From Pseudovirgaria hyperparasitica (Eukaryota), in the NCBI GenBank assembly GCA_010093815.1, contig ML996571.1: a stretch of DNA of 64,000 nucleotides; one strand, written 5' to 3'. Of this stretch, positions 11,868 to 23,405 are shown piece after piece (the first letter of the stretch is position 1; each line of letters starts with the position of its first letter). Under the pieces are notes generated by a model. That model saw only the letters and a program-made list of their open reading frames with translations, did no database searches and was not told where the DNA came from. A program made the position numbers and the translations under genes.

Positions 11868-13476
11868 ATGCCTCCTACTGATCCTGCTCAATTGGCCGCC
11901 AGAGACGTGTCCTTCTCGGACCTCGACTCAATGTCTGCCCAGTGCTCCGAACAGAACACCTCAAGTCCCTCGAAGAAGCTCTGTATGGTCCCAAAGGCAC
12001 GCAGAATGCCAAGCAAGAAGCCGAAAGACGACAGTTTACTGGCTTTTCTGTGCGCCCACATTGTCGAACACCAGATAGGCAAGCCAGATTGTACAGATAC
12101 TTTTGAACCCAATACTGACAAGAGAATCAGGCATATCCATAAACCTAATCCTTCTCCTATCACTCGCACATATATGCTTCCCTCGTGCTCGGCGGCGCAC
12201 TCGCACATTTTTTGAGCTCTCGTACCGCGACCCTTCCACCGGCCTCTACACACAAGGATGGGACGACATGCCCTTTGTTTTTCTCTGGACCATCATCTTC
12301 ACCGGTCTTAGAGTTGCCGTCATGGACTATGTACTGAAGCCGCTTGCCAATTTTGGTGGCATTCGTTCGAAACGTGCAAGGGTCCGGTTCGCGGAGCAAG
12401 CCTGGCTTCTAGTATATTACCTTCCTGTATGGCTCTTCGGAATGGTATGTTTACAGTAACATTTGCGCAAAAGAAAAAAGATCTTGATAATCCATGCAGC
12501 CGCTAACATGCTACAGTATATCATGTACAACTCCAGTTTCTGGCTCGACCTACGAGCCATGTGGGCCGACTTCCCTACTCGCACAATGACCGGCCTCGTC
12601 AAGTTCTACTATCTGGTTCAGTTCGCTTTCTACTTCCACATGATCATTGTTGTGAATATTGAAGAGCGCCGCAAGGATTACCACCAGATGTTCATACATC
12701 ACATCATCACATGTGGCTTGATCTCTATGAGCTACTCCTACTACCAGACCAAAGTTGGAATTGTCATCTTGTGTCTGATGGACGTTGTCGACATATTCCT
12801 CTCCACTGCCAAGGACCTCAAATATCTTGGATTCAGCGTCGCCTGCGACGTCATGTTCGGCCTCTTCATCGTAGCTTGGTTCGTTGCGAGACATGTCCTT
12901 TACCTCGCCGTGTGCTATTCCACCTACGTTCATGTGCCCGAAGTTATGCCGTACGGCTGCTACGACTCTGTTACAGGAGAGAAGCTTGCTGAGACTGAAG
13001 AAAGTGGTATCATGACGCACATTCTGCAATCTTTTAGAGACCCTGGAGCCCCTGTTTGCTTCAACAAGCGCATACAGTCAAACTTCCTTGCCTTCCTCCT
13101 GGCTCTCCAGGTCGTGACACTGATATGGTTCTATATGATCATCAAAGTCGCGTACAAAGTCGTTACGGGGCAAGGTGCAGATGATGTACGAAGCGATGAT
13201 GAAGGCGAAGACGAGGAAGAAGAAGATTTCGATGTTGACGAAGACTTGGAGGCTCACCACCTGAACGGCATGGTGCAATTACCACTAGAGGAGGAAGTTG
13301 GCGTTGAAGGTCTGCATTTCACTCGGCAAGGTAGTCCAAGTAAAGGCTCCGGAGTCAAAGGGTATCGGCGCAATGGGAACAAAAGCGGGAGTTCGCGATC
13401 TAGCGGTATCAGTATACCCGGACATGGGGACCACAAGGAGCTTCTTGGTAGAATTGGTTGTGACAAGCCGTCATGA
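11868..13476 (+). CDS. LAG1: Ceramide synthase (TLC domain), BarA/Lag1-type, 3 exons
   Basis: RFAEQAW, Lag1 motif EERRKDYHQMFIHHIIT, MDVVDIFL...LKYLG, GADDVRSDDE, and C-terminal KELLGRIGCDKP as in BarA-type enzymes. Intron 1 is probably GC-AG (12079-12130); intron 2 is at ~12445-12517. Confidence 0.92.
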
Positions 13477-15153
13477 TTACATTACGATAGATGGCGTTGA
13501 AATGGCGGGGTTTGATAATTGGGAGTGTGTCTTTGGGGGGGAAGATCGCTCGACTTCCGTCAACGCTTACCATATCATCAGCATTGTTTGCGTACTAAGG
13601 TTTTTTCTCTCTCTCTCTGCGCTATGGAACGTAAGAATACCCACGAATCGGATTAGACCAGCTTTCTTGCACACACACACGCACACTACTTTTCGAACAT
13701 GACGAGATATGAAGAGATATGCATGTGTTTTGCTCATGGTGTGTAAAGGCTCCCCGTGTGTTTTTGTGCTGCATGATTCATCCATCCATCCACCACTCAG
13801 CCATCCCGCTCGCTCCAAACTCAATTCGTTACTGCCACAACAACCTTCCACCGCACTGCTGAAAACTCGATAATTCAACGTGACTGTAGCGTGATCCCCC
13901 CCCCTCCCCTCCTTCAGCAGTGCCACTAGTGGGGGACACAAACAGTGTCAGTCAAGCAGAGGGGCCACCTGTTTTTTTTTTCGCATAAAATACGAAACTT
14001 GTCGCGGACTACTGCATGCAGCAACTATACCGTGTTTGAATTATCAGTTATGCTGATGGTGTATGTGCGGATAGTAAGGTGTTGAGTTGGAGGTTAATGG
14101 ACTGGTTGTATGTAGTGGTGTAAAGCTGGTTGGTGGTCTGGGATTTTCTTGTTTTGGTCTGGGGATTTGTTGATATTCAAAGTGTGTTGTTTCCCTAGCT
14201 TGGGTAGTGTGGTAGGCAAGTATGCTTTTGGAGAGCAAAAGGAAATGAGTCTTACAAAGTTCTGCGTAAGAGCACGTTTTTGGAGCGTTGAGCACATGGT
14301 TGGGGTTCGGAGTTCCCCTTTGAACATACATTCCCGGCAGACATGCACATTGGGATATCGAAAGGGACTGGACTGGGGAGGTACGACAAGACGTTCAAGG
14401 ACCCAGAAAATTGTTCAAGCAACCGTACTGATAAGTTCATAGTGCAAGCAATCTAAAACGAATGACATGATTACAACAAGTCCAATTCTATACATAGCCA
14501 TCAGCATTCCGGACCTCCTTAAAAATAGCTACCCAATAACTAACCCCTTTTACTTCCAACGACACTGTGAAGTCAATGAACACTCAACACATCCTCTCAT
14601 ATCTTCACAATTGCTAAACAATGTCCTTTGTCGCGTACAATCGAAACCAACATCTCCTTCCCTTCTCGATATAAAACCACCGTTACCCCCTTTTCCCTCA
14701 CCGCCGTACAGCATAATCGAACTGTGACCTATATTTGTCCTCTGTTTGAAGATTCTAGATTTATTGGCTGCTATTACCACCAGCATCACCTGTCATAAAA
14801 CACACACCGCTCGTTGTCCCCTCTGTCAAAGATACCGATCCCCTTGCAAGCAACGCTCCGGTTTGAACACTTTGTTTCCCTCTTTTGCACGACACGCTAT
14901 ACACTCCCTTCCCCTCCCCTGACTGGCTCACTGGCGCGAGACACGTCTTTCGGCGGACCGGTGGGATCGTGTGATTACACAATATTTAACATTGTGAAGA
15001 GTGTGGTAGCTACTCTCTGATTCATTATCTAACCTACATCGTCGCTCTGTCTCTCCCCCTTCTTTCCCTTCTCCTCTTCCTCTCAACAACACAAACACAA
15101 ACACAAACACACCCCAATCCATCCCAACCACACCACACCACAACAACGCAACA

Positions 15154-15513
15154 ATGTCCCTCCAACCCACCAGCCTCACCCTCGCCCACCGCTCCAAACC
15201 ATCTCCCAATCCCGCGGACCCCCAATCGTCGTCATCAGCTGCTCAAAACACACCAGACAACAAGTCAGACAGCTCTCTGCCTAACTCTGCATCTTCTTCT
15301 TCTTCATCCTCGGAGCCTGATGCATCTTCTTCCTCTTCGGAGGAGGAGGACGAGGAGGAGGAGGAGGACGAGGAGGACGAGGAGGAAGAAGAGACTGAGC
15401 CTGATGGATCCAGCAACAGAGTCACGTGGGACTGTTTCGCATGCGGCGCGCTGGATAGTGAGGGTGGGGTGTGTGACGCTTGTGGGTCTGAGCGGTGTTT
15501 GGCATGTTTTTGA
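15154..15513 (+). CDS. Small acidic/Ser-rich protein with C-terminal six-Cys zinc-finger-like motif
   Basis: 119-aa ORF in good ATG context (ACAATG), ending WDCFACGALDSEGGVCDACGSERCLACF. Cys spacing is identical to the ORF at 16636. Confidence 0.6.
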   Translation: MSLQPTSLTLAHRSKPSPNPADPQSSSSAAQNTPDNKSDSSLPNSASSSSSSSEPDASSSSSEEEDEEEEEDEEDEEEEETEPDGSSNRVTWDCFACGALDSEGGVCDACGSERCLACF

Positions 15514-16217
15514 TTGGTGTTGTGAGTTGGTAGGTGAGTGGGTGAGTGGGATTGTGGGATTGTGTAGAATAGTGCTAATTGGGATTTAGGGAGTGTGGAG
15601 ATGAGGGTTTGGGCTTGGAGGGGTTGGGGGGTTTGAATAGGGGTTTGGGGTGCTTGGGGATGGTGGGTTGTGTTGTCGGGAGTCGAGCTGGCGAGTATTG
15701 CTGTTCTTTGATTGTGTTACGAGGCTGGGATATGGAGGCGTGGTAGAGTAGGTTGAAGGTTGTTGTCTCGAGATGGCATTTGCGTTGTTGACGTAGTCGA
15801 ATATGGCTCTTGTTCTGGGGCAGGCAGATGTGCAGGCAAATAGCCAGTCTAGAGTCACTGAGCTTTGAGCCTGTTTGTTAGAATAGATCTATGCCTATTC
15901 TCATGACGTTCTTGATGTTCTTGTCGATGCATGTCTTCCTGTATACAGCGTCCCGAACCCAATCTTACCTCATTTGCTCAAGTCCACTTTACTTTGCCTT
16001 GTCATTCATGAATCGCTGGTTATTGCCTTCCTGATGACCAAATGATTGTACACACAAGAGAAGGGCAGCATCTTCATTCTCCTCTGCGTATCTTCAATCC
16101 CTGTCTGGATCTATTAGTGAGTATCTTATTTCGACTTTGTAACATGACCACAGCTCCATAACGAACATGTCATAGCTCTCTCGCTTCTACACTCTTCTCC
16201 CATTCTCGAACTGATCA

Positions 16218-16259
16218 GCAACATCTATACCGCAACATCTATACCGCAACATCTATACC
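16218..16259. repeat. 14-bp tandem repeat (GCAACATCTATACC) x3
   Basis: Read directly from the sequence. Confidence 0.9.
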
Positions 16260-16635
16260 ATGACTTCATCGTTCAAGATCCGCTCAGGAGGTTAGCAGTA
16301 AGATACTTTGGAACGTTCACTACGCAAAGCCTTACGAATCAGAATATATACACTGCTACTCCATACTCTGTGACTTCTTACATGTATTTACATGCACTGT
16401 TGGAGCACGACCGTTACACATACTAATACCCGCCTCTGCGTCAACGCATCACATCCTTAACAACATACATTAGTACTATATATACATCCACCATTTCGAT
16501 GCAAAAATCTTTTTCTTCTTCTTCTCCATGCCACAGCAACTTCGATAAACACCTGAACAATTCTACTCACACGCCGAATTCGACAAAGAAAACAACCATC
16601 AACAACCATCAACAATCACCCTTCGATCCTCCAGG

Positions 16636-16788
16636 ATGATCAACTCCACACCAAATCAAGTCGATGCCAAGAACGAACCATCCGAGAACTACGGCTGGGA
16701 CTGCCATGTGTGCTGGACGACTAATTGGTACACGCAGGTCTGTCAGGCATGCCAGCACGCGGAATGCTACCTTTGTCCCAGATTGTAG
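16636..16788 (+). CDS. 50-aa zinc-finger-like microprotein (below the ORF-track cutoff)
   Basis: MINSTPNQVDAKNEPSENYGWDCHVCWTTNWYTQVCQACQHAECYLCPRL-stop; motif W-x-C-x2-C-x9-C-x2-C-x-H-x2-C-x2-C. Confidence 0.55.
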   Translation: MINSTPNQVDAKNEPSENYGWDCHVCWTTNWYTQVCQACQHAECYLCPRL

Positions 16789-17281
16789 GGCATGGATGCA
16801 GGGGGCTTTGCACAATGGAGTGGTAGATTTGTTCGCTCGGATGTGCTTGGAATGGGGGCTCGGTATAGAGATATATTGAATATTAGATGTTGAGATGATG
16901 GGATTGTATGTTGTTGCTGTGGTGGTGGTGCACTGTGATATACAATGTTTGAGTCTATCCCGTAGATATAGGCTTGGAAGAGAGAGGTGTATGACTCCCT
17001 GATACGTCCGGTATCGAGAATGGCTAGGTGATGTGGCCGTTGTCACAGATACCAGCATGGGTTTTATCTCCGCATACTATCCGTATGATATAAGCCATAT
17101 AGTTCATGCTGCTTCCATTCACGAACTCCTGTTATTTGCATATATATTCGTTCCTTACTACTCAGTTCTTCTCCCCTCATGCTCCTTCCTACTATACCCA
17201 ACTGCCCCTTACATGGAGTCTGGCAAAGTGCATATTCTAGATGCTACCCAACGCCTATTCTCCCGGCTACTCGGATAGAAT

Positions 17282-17452
17282 ATGGTCTGGATAAAGCACA
17301 AGTCGGAAAAGTTTATACCGACTTCCCGGCGTGATCCGCCCGAGAACGAGTGGTGGACATGCTGCAAGTGTTGCCGGCTCATTAAAGTCACAATGAAGTG
17401 CTTCCATCGCAGACATGGGGCGAGTAATAACAGCCTCTATCTATCCACCTAA
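17282..17452 (+). pseudogene. Third, degenerate member of the W-x-C-x2-C-x9-C microprotein array (may be a short CDS)
   Basis: MVWIKHKSEKFIPTSRRDPPENEWWTCCKCCRLIKVTMKCFHRRHG... keeps P-x-E-N-x-x-W-x-C-x2-C-x9-C but lacks the last Cys pairs in frame. A GH...CEGC segment with stops lies at ~17480-17530. Confidence 0.35.
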
Positions 17453-18305
17453 CTAATAATTCTATACCTATAGATTAATGGTCGGACACGAGAGTAGATA
17501 GAAGAAGGCTACCAGGTGCGAGGGGTGTATTTCGTGGGACATTTCACCGTCGACAAAGACGGGTCATGAGTATAAAGATGCAACTGGGATGGACGGAAAA
17601 GAGAAGAATGAGAGTCACGAAATATAGAGTGATGAGGACGCCCTGGAGACGGAAGGTGGTACTCGAAATCACGGGATCGCGCACAAGGGAACTGACAATA
17701 TGTAAATCGACATGTGCATTGCAGATAACGATCGATATGACATTGTTCGTACTCACAACATAATCTGGAAAGACCACTCTTCATGTGGCGGAATAGCGAT
17801 ACTCGTTGAAAGGAGAATCAATGTTCAAATGCTCTGAAACGTCGAGCTCAAAACAACCATCAAGTGTACTGAAAAACCAGATATTCGCCAAGATCTTCAA
17901 CGAAATATACAATACAGTCCCAAGATAGTCTGATTTCAGCTGCTGAGCGGACAAGGTAAGCCAGGACCTTGCACCCGCTGCGCCCCCTACCGCCCCCTAC
18001 TGTGTCATATAAAGCCTATCTTGGACATCAGTCTGTGAAAATGTGGACAAAACAGTATCGAGAGCTTTCTTGGAATGCAAGGTCTGGTAGGTTTGAGAAG
18101 CAAGTCAGACGATATGACAGCATACCAACCAACCCACCCCCTGAAATCCAGGGATACCAGCGATGTTGGTCAGATTGCCTTCTCCCGAGCGCCCAAGAGC
18201 GCTACATCCAGTCTCTACACAACATCTTTAAGACTCCCACTCGCGCCCAACACCCTCAGCACCACACCGAAACTCCTCTTCCATCCTCCTATCTAATCAC
18301 CAGCC

Positions 18306-19193
18306 ATGGCCGAAGCATGCTACTCCGACGGCGGAAGCATGCCCGACCTCTGGCTCCGCTGCGGCGAGCGCTCGCCCGCCGCGGCCAACAACTGCTGCGC
18401 ACTGAACACCACCTACCCAAACGGCATCGACGTCTGCCTACAAAACGGCCTCTGCGGTTACAATAACCCCACCACCGGCATCTTCGAGTACTGGAAAGAC
18501 CCGTGCAGCGACCCGACCGGCGCGGGCTGTCTCGAGCTGAACTGCACCGCGCTCTACACCAACCTCAACGTGCCGGGCATCTACCCGGTGCATCCGTGCG
18601 GGTCGAGCTGGAGCAACAGCACGAAATGGTGCTGTGGGACGGACGATAGCTGCTGTGAGGATGAGACGCGGGCGGAGAGCGTGCGGTGGATCGCGACTGT
18701 TTTTGGCGCCGCGGTAGCGACTGTACCCCTGACCCTGGCCCTGTCGAGTGAGACGAGGCTGGCGAGAACGAGTATTCCGACGGCACTGTCGACAACGAGT
18801 ACTCCAACAGTACTCTCTGCGCCTTCATCAACCGCAGAGGATCCGTTGTCCAGCGCAAGTTTACTCTCGCGAGGCGCCAAAGTAGGCATCGGCATCGCTG
18901 CGGCCTCTGCTGTTTTTCTGCTCTGTCTTGGTGTATTCATTCTCTGGAGAGCCAGAACTAGGAGACAGCTTAGTAGAGATTATAAAGCCCAGGCAGGCGG
19001 ATCAGCGATCGGACATAGTGGAGTGGCTATAAACTCTCTGTCTGAGCTTGCAGACAAGAGTGTGGTAGAACTTGATTCAAATGTTTTCAGGGAGCTGGAT
19101 TCATCTTCCGTGCAGGAGCTGGGAACGGAGTGGCAGAGCGGGAAAGATGCGCCAGTGATGGGGCTGGGATCACAACGTCCGACTAAAAGGTGA
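18306..19193 (+). CDS. Cys-rich, Ser/Thr-rich single-pass membrane protein (cell-surface-sensor-like architecture)
   Basis: N-terminal Cys-rich domain (CC...CLQNGLC...CSDPT...WCCG...CC), S/T stalk, LSRGAKVGIGIAAASAVFLLCLGVFILWRAR transmembrane segment and cytosolic ELDS repeats. Confidence 0.8.
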   Translation: MAEACYSDGGSMPDLWLRCGERSPAAANNCCALNTTYPNGIDVCLQNGLCGYNNPTTGIFEYWKDPCSDPTGAGCLELNCTALYTNLNVPGIYPVHPCGSSWSNSTKWCCGTDDSCCEDETRAESVRWIATVFGAAVATVPLTLALSSETRLARTSIPTALSTTSTPTVLSAPSSTAEDPLSSASLLSRGAKVGIGIAAASAVFLLCLGVFILWRARTRRQLSRDYKAQAGGSAIGHSGVAINSLSELADKSVVELDSNVFRELDSSSVQELGTEWQSGKDAPVMGLGSQRPTKR

Positions 19194-19591
19194 AGGTTGT
19201 TGTAGTGTAGGTTTGTTCACTGGTGCCGGTCTGTACAACAGCATAGCACATGAGCCGAGAAACGTTTATTTTAAACTTAATTTTTGGTATTATCTCTAAT
19301 CTCAGACTATGCACATCTTTCTGTACAAGCCGCTGAGGGCAGCTGCAAATAAGCTTGTGCTATGATCATGGGTCGTGTTTTATCAACCGCTGAACCGAGA
19401 TAGCTCAAGATTCATCCTCGATTGCCCGTTGAAACTCGCATGACGAGTCTACCAGGAAGACGTCATTGATGACCATGTATGCAAACTACAAGATCCGGAC
19501 GCCGGAAATGCTTCTTCAACCATTCGACACCATAGACGCCTGCGTAGTCCAGCAGCATCATACGAGCTGCACAACATAACTTTTCCCCTTA

Positions 19592-22500
19592 CTAGTATCG
19601 TTTGTAGCCATCATACCTTCCCTGATTATCGTTACCTCGATATCCATTGTTGCTTCGGTGGTTGCCATTGGGCCTGTACGCATCATTGCGATTTCCGCCG
19701 TTCTGGCGATATCCATCACCGCTTCGGTGCCCATCATTTGGTCTGTACGTATCATCCCTGCGATTATCATAACTCGCATTATGGTAGTTATACCCTTGAC
19801 CTCCACGGCCTCCGGAGCCTGCATAGCCGTTAGACGGAGGCATCTGTGGAAAGGCCGCTCCCGGAGGTGGGGGTGGGAATCCACCCGGAAATGGTGGCAT
19901 CGGAAATCCCATCTGAGCTGCCACGTGGGGCGGGGGAGGTTGAAAGCTCGGGTTGATGAACGAGGAGAAAGGGTTCTGGGGATTAAAGTTTTGTTCTTTG
20001 GAAGGGTATGAATTGCGATTGTTGCCAAAGCCGCCACGTCCGTTCTGATTGCCATTGGAGTAGCCTCCGCGATCATTGTGGGAGTGATAACCGCGATCAT
20101 TGCCACGGAATCCACCGCGTCCACCCCGGAATCCACCTCTTCCGCCTCTCTGGGCCTGGCTGATTGTCATTCGAACATCGTCGTCGTTGAGAACAGGCTT
20201 GGGCATTTTGAGACCCCGGAGTAGCATAGATTTATGGACATTGGAGGACTTCGGCATGACATAATAAGCAGTGACGGACTGATCGTCGTCAATGTCCGGC
20301 ATCCGCGATGAATCCAGAGGAAATGACAGGGAGCTTCCCGGCAGATAGCTGTCGTTCTTTACAAGCTTGCCAGCCAAGCCTTCACTGACTTTAGTGTTCA
20401 TTTTGAATTTGGTTTCGGTAGCCTTCTTAGAATAGAATTTCTCAACAACATCGTTGTAGAGCGGATGGCGAGTTGAGAAATACAGAGCTTCTCTGCCGAA
20501 TTCGTTACGTGCGTGCTCATCGGCACTGAGTCGAGGATACACCTTCTTCATGGCTGCTAAGAGGCGCTTTTCATCGATAAAGGGGAGAAGGATCACTGCT
20601 TTCCACAACTGTTGCTTCCCGTTCATATCAAGCTCAAACTCCTCAGGATAGAAGTCGATAATCTCGCTCTCAGGATTCGTCATCAAGTCATGAAACGGCT
20701 CAGGAATAGCATGTCTTGATGCCGCAGGTAGCACGCCCATGAGCTGCTCGAATGGGTGAAACGGTGCCCCGAGTTCGAAGTTGAACTCCATCTGTTCAAT
20801 ACCAACGAAGTCGGCAGCAAAGGGGGCATAGTGATGTGGATAGTACCATGTCCACGAGGCACACCCTTGAAAGTAGTATCGCAGGACCCAACACAGCCCT
20901 TCCATGTAGTCGCGCGCGACTCTGTGACGGAACTCGATATCCTTGGGGTCAGCTTTGAACTTCTGCTCGTAATATCGATCAGCATATCCGTCTTCCCAGA
21001 GCATGACAGTATCAGGTGCCGGGTCGCTAGGATCTTTCTTCTGCGGTGTAGGCACTGGCGAGTTGCGACCAGGAGTACCGGAGTCATCGTCAGTGATCAG
21101 GTCCGCCTTACGTTTGGTCGCTCCTGAAAGATTGAGCTGCAATTTAGTCGCATCGTGAGTGACACTCCCATCATCCTTTGAAGATCCATTATGATCTAAG
21201 CTGCTTGTGTCTGACGGTGGCGCTTGACCGAGTAACCTCGCTTTCAAGGCAGCAGCGGCGCTCTTGTTGTCATTATTAGCTTGATGTGAAGTTTTGCGGT
21301 TCACGAATATGTCGTGGGTCAAATCTTTGTTGCTAGCAGCATGGGCATCCTTTGGCTCGAAGAAGGGCATGTTCCCAAAATCCGGCTCTGCATTCCTAGG
21401 ACGCTTGTTAGGTTGGCCACCACCACCACCGCCTCGGCCGCGACCACTTCGCCAGGCATTACGTTCTGCTCTCTGTCGGTCCTTCTCTTCTTTCTGTAAA
21501 GCGTCATCACGACGACGCTTGAAAATATCGTTCTCTTGCTCCGCAAGGCCTGATAATATGAGTTGTGCGCGGCTAAGGTCGACATGGCCATCCTTTGTCA
21601 CATAACCACCCATCTGCGGCAGACTTTTGCGCCATATCTTGATGAGAGTATCGATGCCTTGCTCCCTAATATCAAGACTAGGTAAGTGTGGTAGGAAGTC
21701 ATTACCAACGAAGAAACACATGAAAACCCAATCATCTAGGGCTCGTTCAAGGTCAAAGGCGAAAGGTTGACCAGGTACATTCATTTCAATAGCGAGATAT
21801 TCGCGAAGAATTGAGACATGAAGCCAGATGAATGGTTTCGGCCCAGCTTGTTGCTTCTCATCAAATTCTCCAGCCTTCACTTTGATCTCACCTCTGCATT
21901 GATCAGCGTAGTGGCCGGGCTGTCCACAAAGTTTGCAAAGCCGTGGTTTCTTCTCATCCGCAAAAACATCTTCACGAAGGACCTTGAAATGAGGCTCATG
22001 AGTGGCGAGCCCAAGCATGATGAGATCGGCGTCCTGTGTAATTAGACACCAAATTTCTCGAGGGTTTTATGTCAACTCACAAGACCGTATATACAGTGAC
22101 TAGTGTTCGGATCGTGGTCGGGAGAACGTCTCTGGGAGCGGATGAATTCCATGATTTTGTGTTCACCTTCTCCAGGGACTGTAGCATCAGATATGATGAT
22201 TTTGAGCTATCCCCGGTCAGCCAAGCTTCGTCGTGTGCAAGTTTACTTCCTACCTTTGCCCATGACGGATCCTCGTTAAGCTTGTAGGCGACCCAATACC
22301 TGAGACTGAGTGCTAGTATTTCCATGAAGGGTGTACCCGGCGTGATAGAATTACTGTCCCATGTCTTCTTGACTATCTGCTCGTTGATGAAGTCGTTGGC
22401 TGCACCTTCCCCTTTCTGAGACTTAAGTAACTTCATGAACTCTTGCTTCTCCTCATCCTTCTCTTGCGCTTCTTGGGCTGATCTAAAGCGTCGCGCGCGC

Positions 22501-22895
22501 TGCTGATTCATCTTAGCGCGTGGGGCTACACCATCTACATCGAAGTAAGTATGATTTTATTAGAGAGTGATGTCGCTATTTAGAGACATACCAACGGCCA
22601 TCATGAGGATTTTGCGTGGGCGCGCCATGCGAACGACACGCTCAGTATACTTGAAGATCTCCAGCATCATCTCTTCCTCGGTCTCTGGCGGAGCTTTGTC
22701 CTCCGGATGGGAACAAGGATGAACGATACCATTCATATCGAGGTAAAGGTTGTCGATCTCGCCATTGATATTCGGTCCATTGTAGTCCACAGGTATCTGG
22801 ACTCCATCTATCTCTTCTGGAGACTCTTCGAGAACGGGCGAAATGATCTTGGGATACTTCTGAGAAAGCCATCGGAAAAGCGCTGGAACACCCAT
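19592..22895 (-). CDS. RAT1: 5'-3' exoribonuclease 2 (Rat1/Xrn2/Dhp1), 4 exons
   Basis: [66 protein letters not shown], zinc knuckle [28 protein letters not shown] and an RGG-rich tail. Confidence 0.97.
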
Positions 22896-23405
22896 GATGG
22901 GTCTTGGAAGGGGGTCACGCCTTGTGTAAGGTCAAGGTTGATTGTAAGATTGAAGCGGAGCACCTCCGAAGGAAACTTGGCAGCTCGGACGGTGTCGTTG
23001 GAGAGGGTGGTTGTCCGGACGATCACTGTATATACATGAGCAACAGTATGAGCGTCGCAAAGGGCGTTGGTTTGAAGAGACGGTGAAAGGTTGCGAAGAT
23101 GCGCGTCGGTCTGAAAGATGCTGACCGCGGAATGCGTCGCTGCCTCCACGAAGAGTAATATGATCTCAAGCTTTCAGCCCTACCGGAATTACATCGGGAA
23201 AACGGCACAGTATGGGTACAACGTATATCGCATTTGAGTACAACATCGGTAACGATTTATGCGCAGGAAGAGTCTAGTCCTCTAGACTGTGCGGACGTAT
23301 CACACAGGAGACCTTTTGCTCTCTGTTTCAGGCGATACTTTCAACCCCTCGGGTGTTGTCATTCAATTATGATCGCATAATTCCTCATTTTACTCACGAG
23401 CAGCC

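Noticed and set aside
14770..14870. TCHK...RCPLCQRYRSPCKQ as a fourth zinc-finger microprotein
   Set aside because: No W-x-C lead-in, no suitable start codon, and the Cys spacing does not match.
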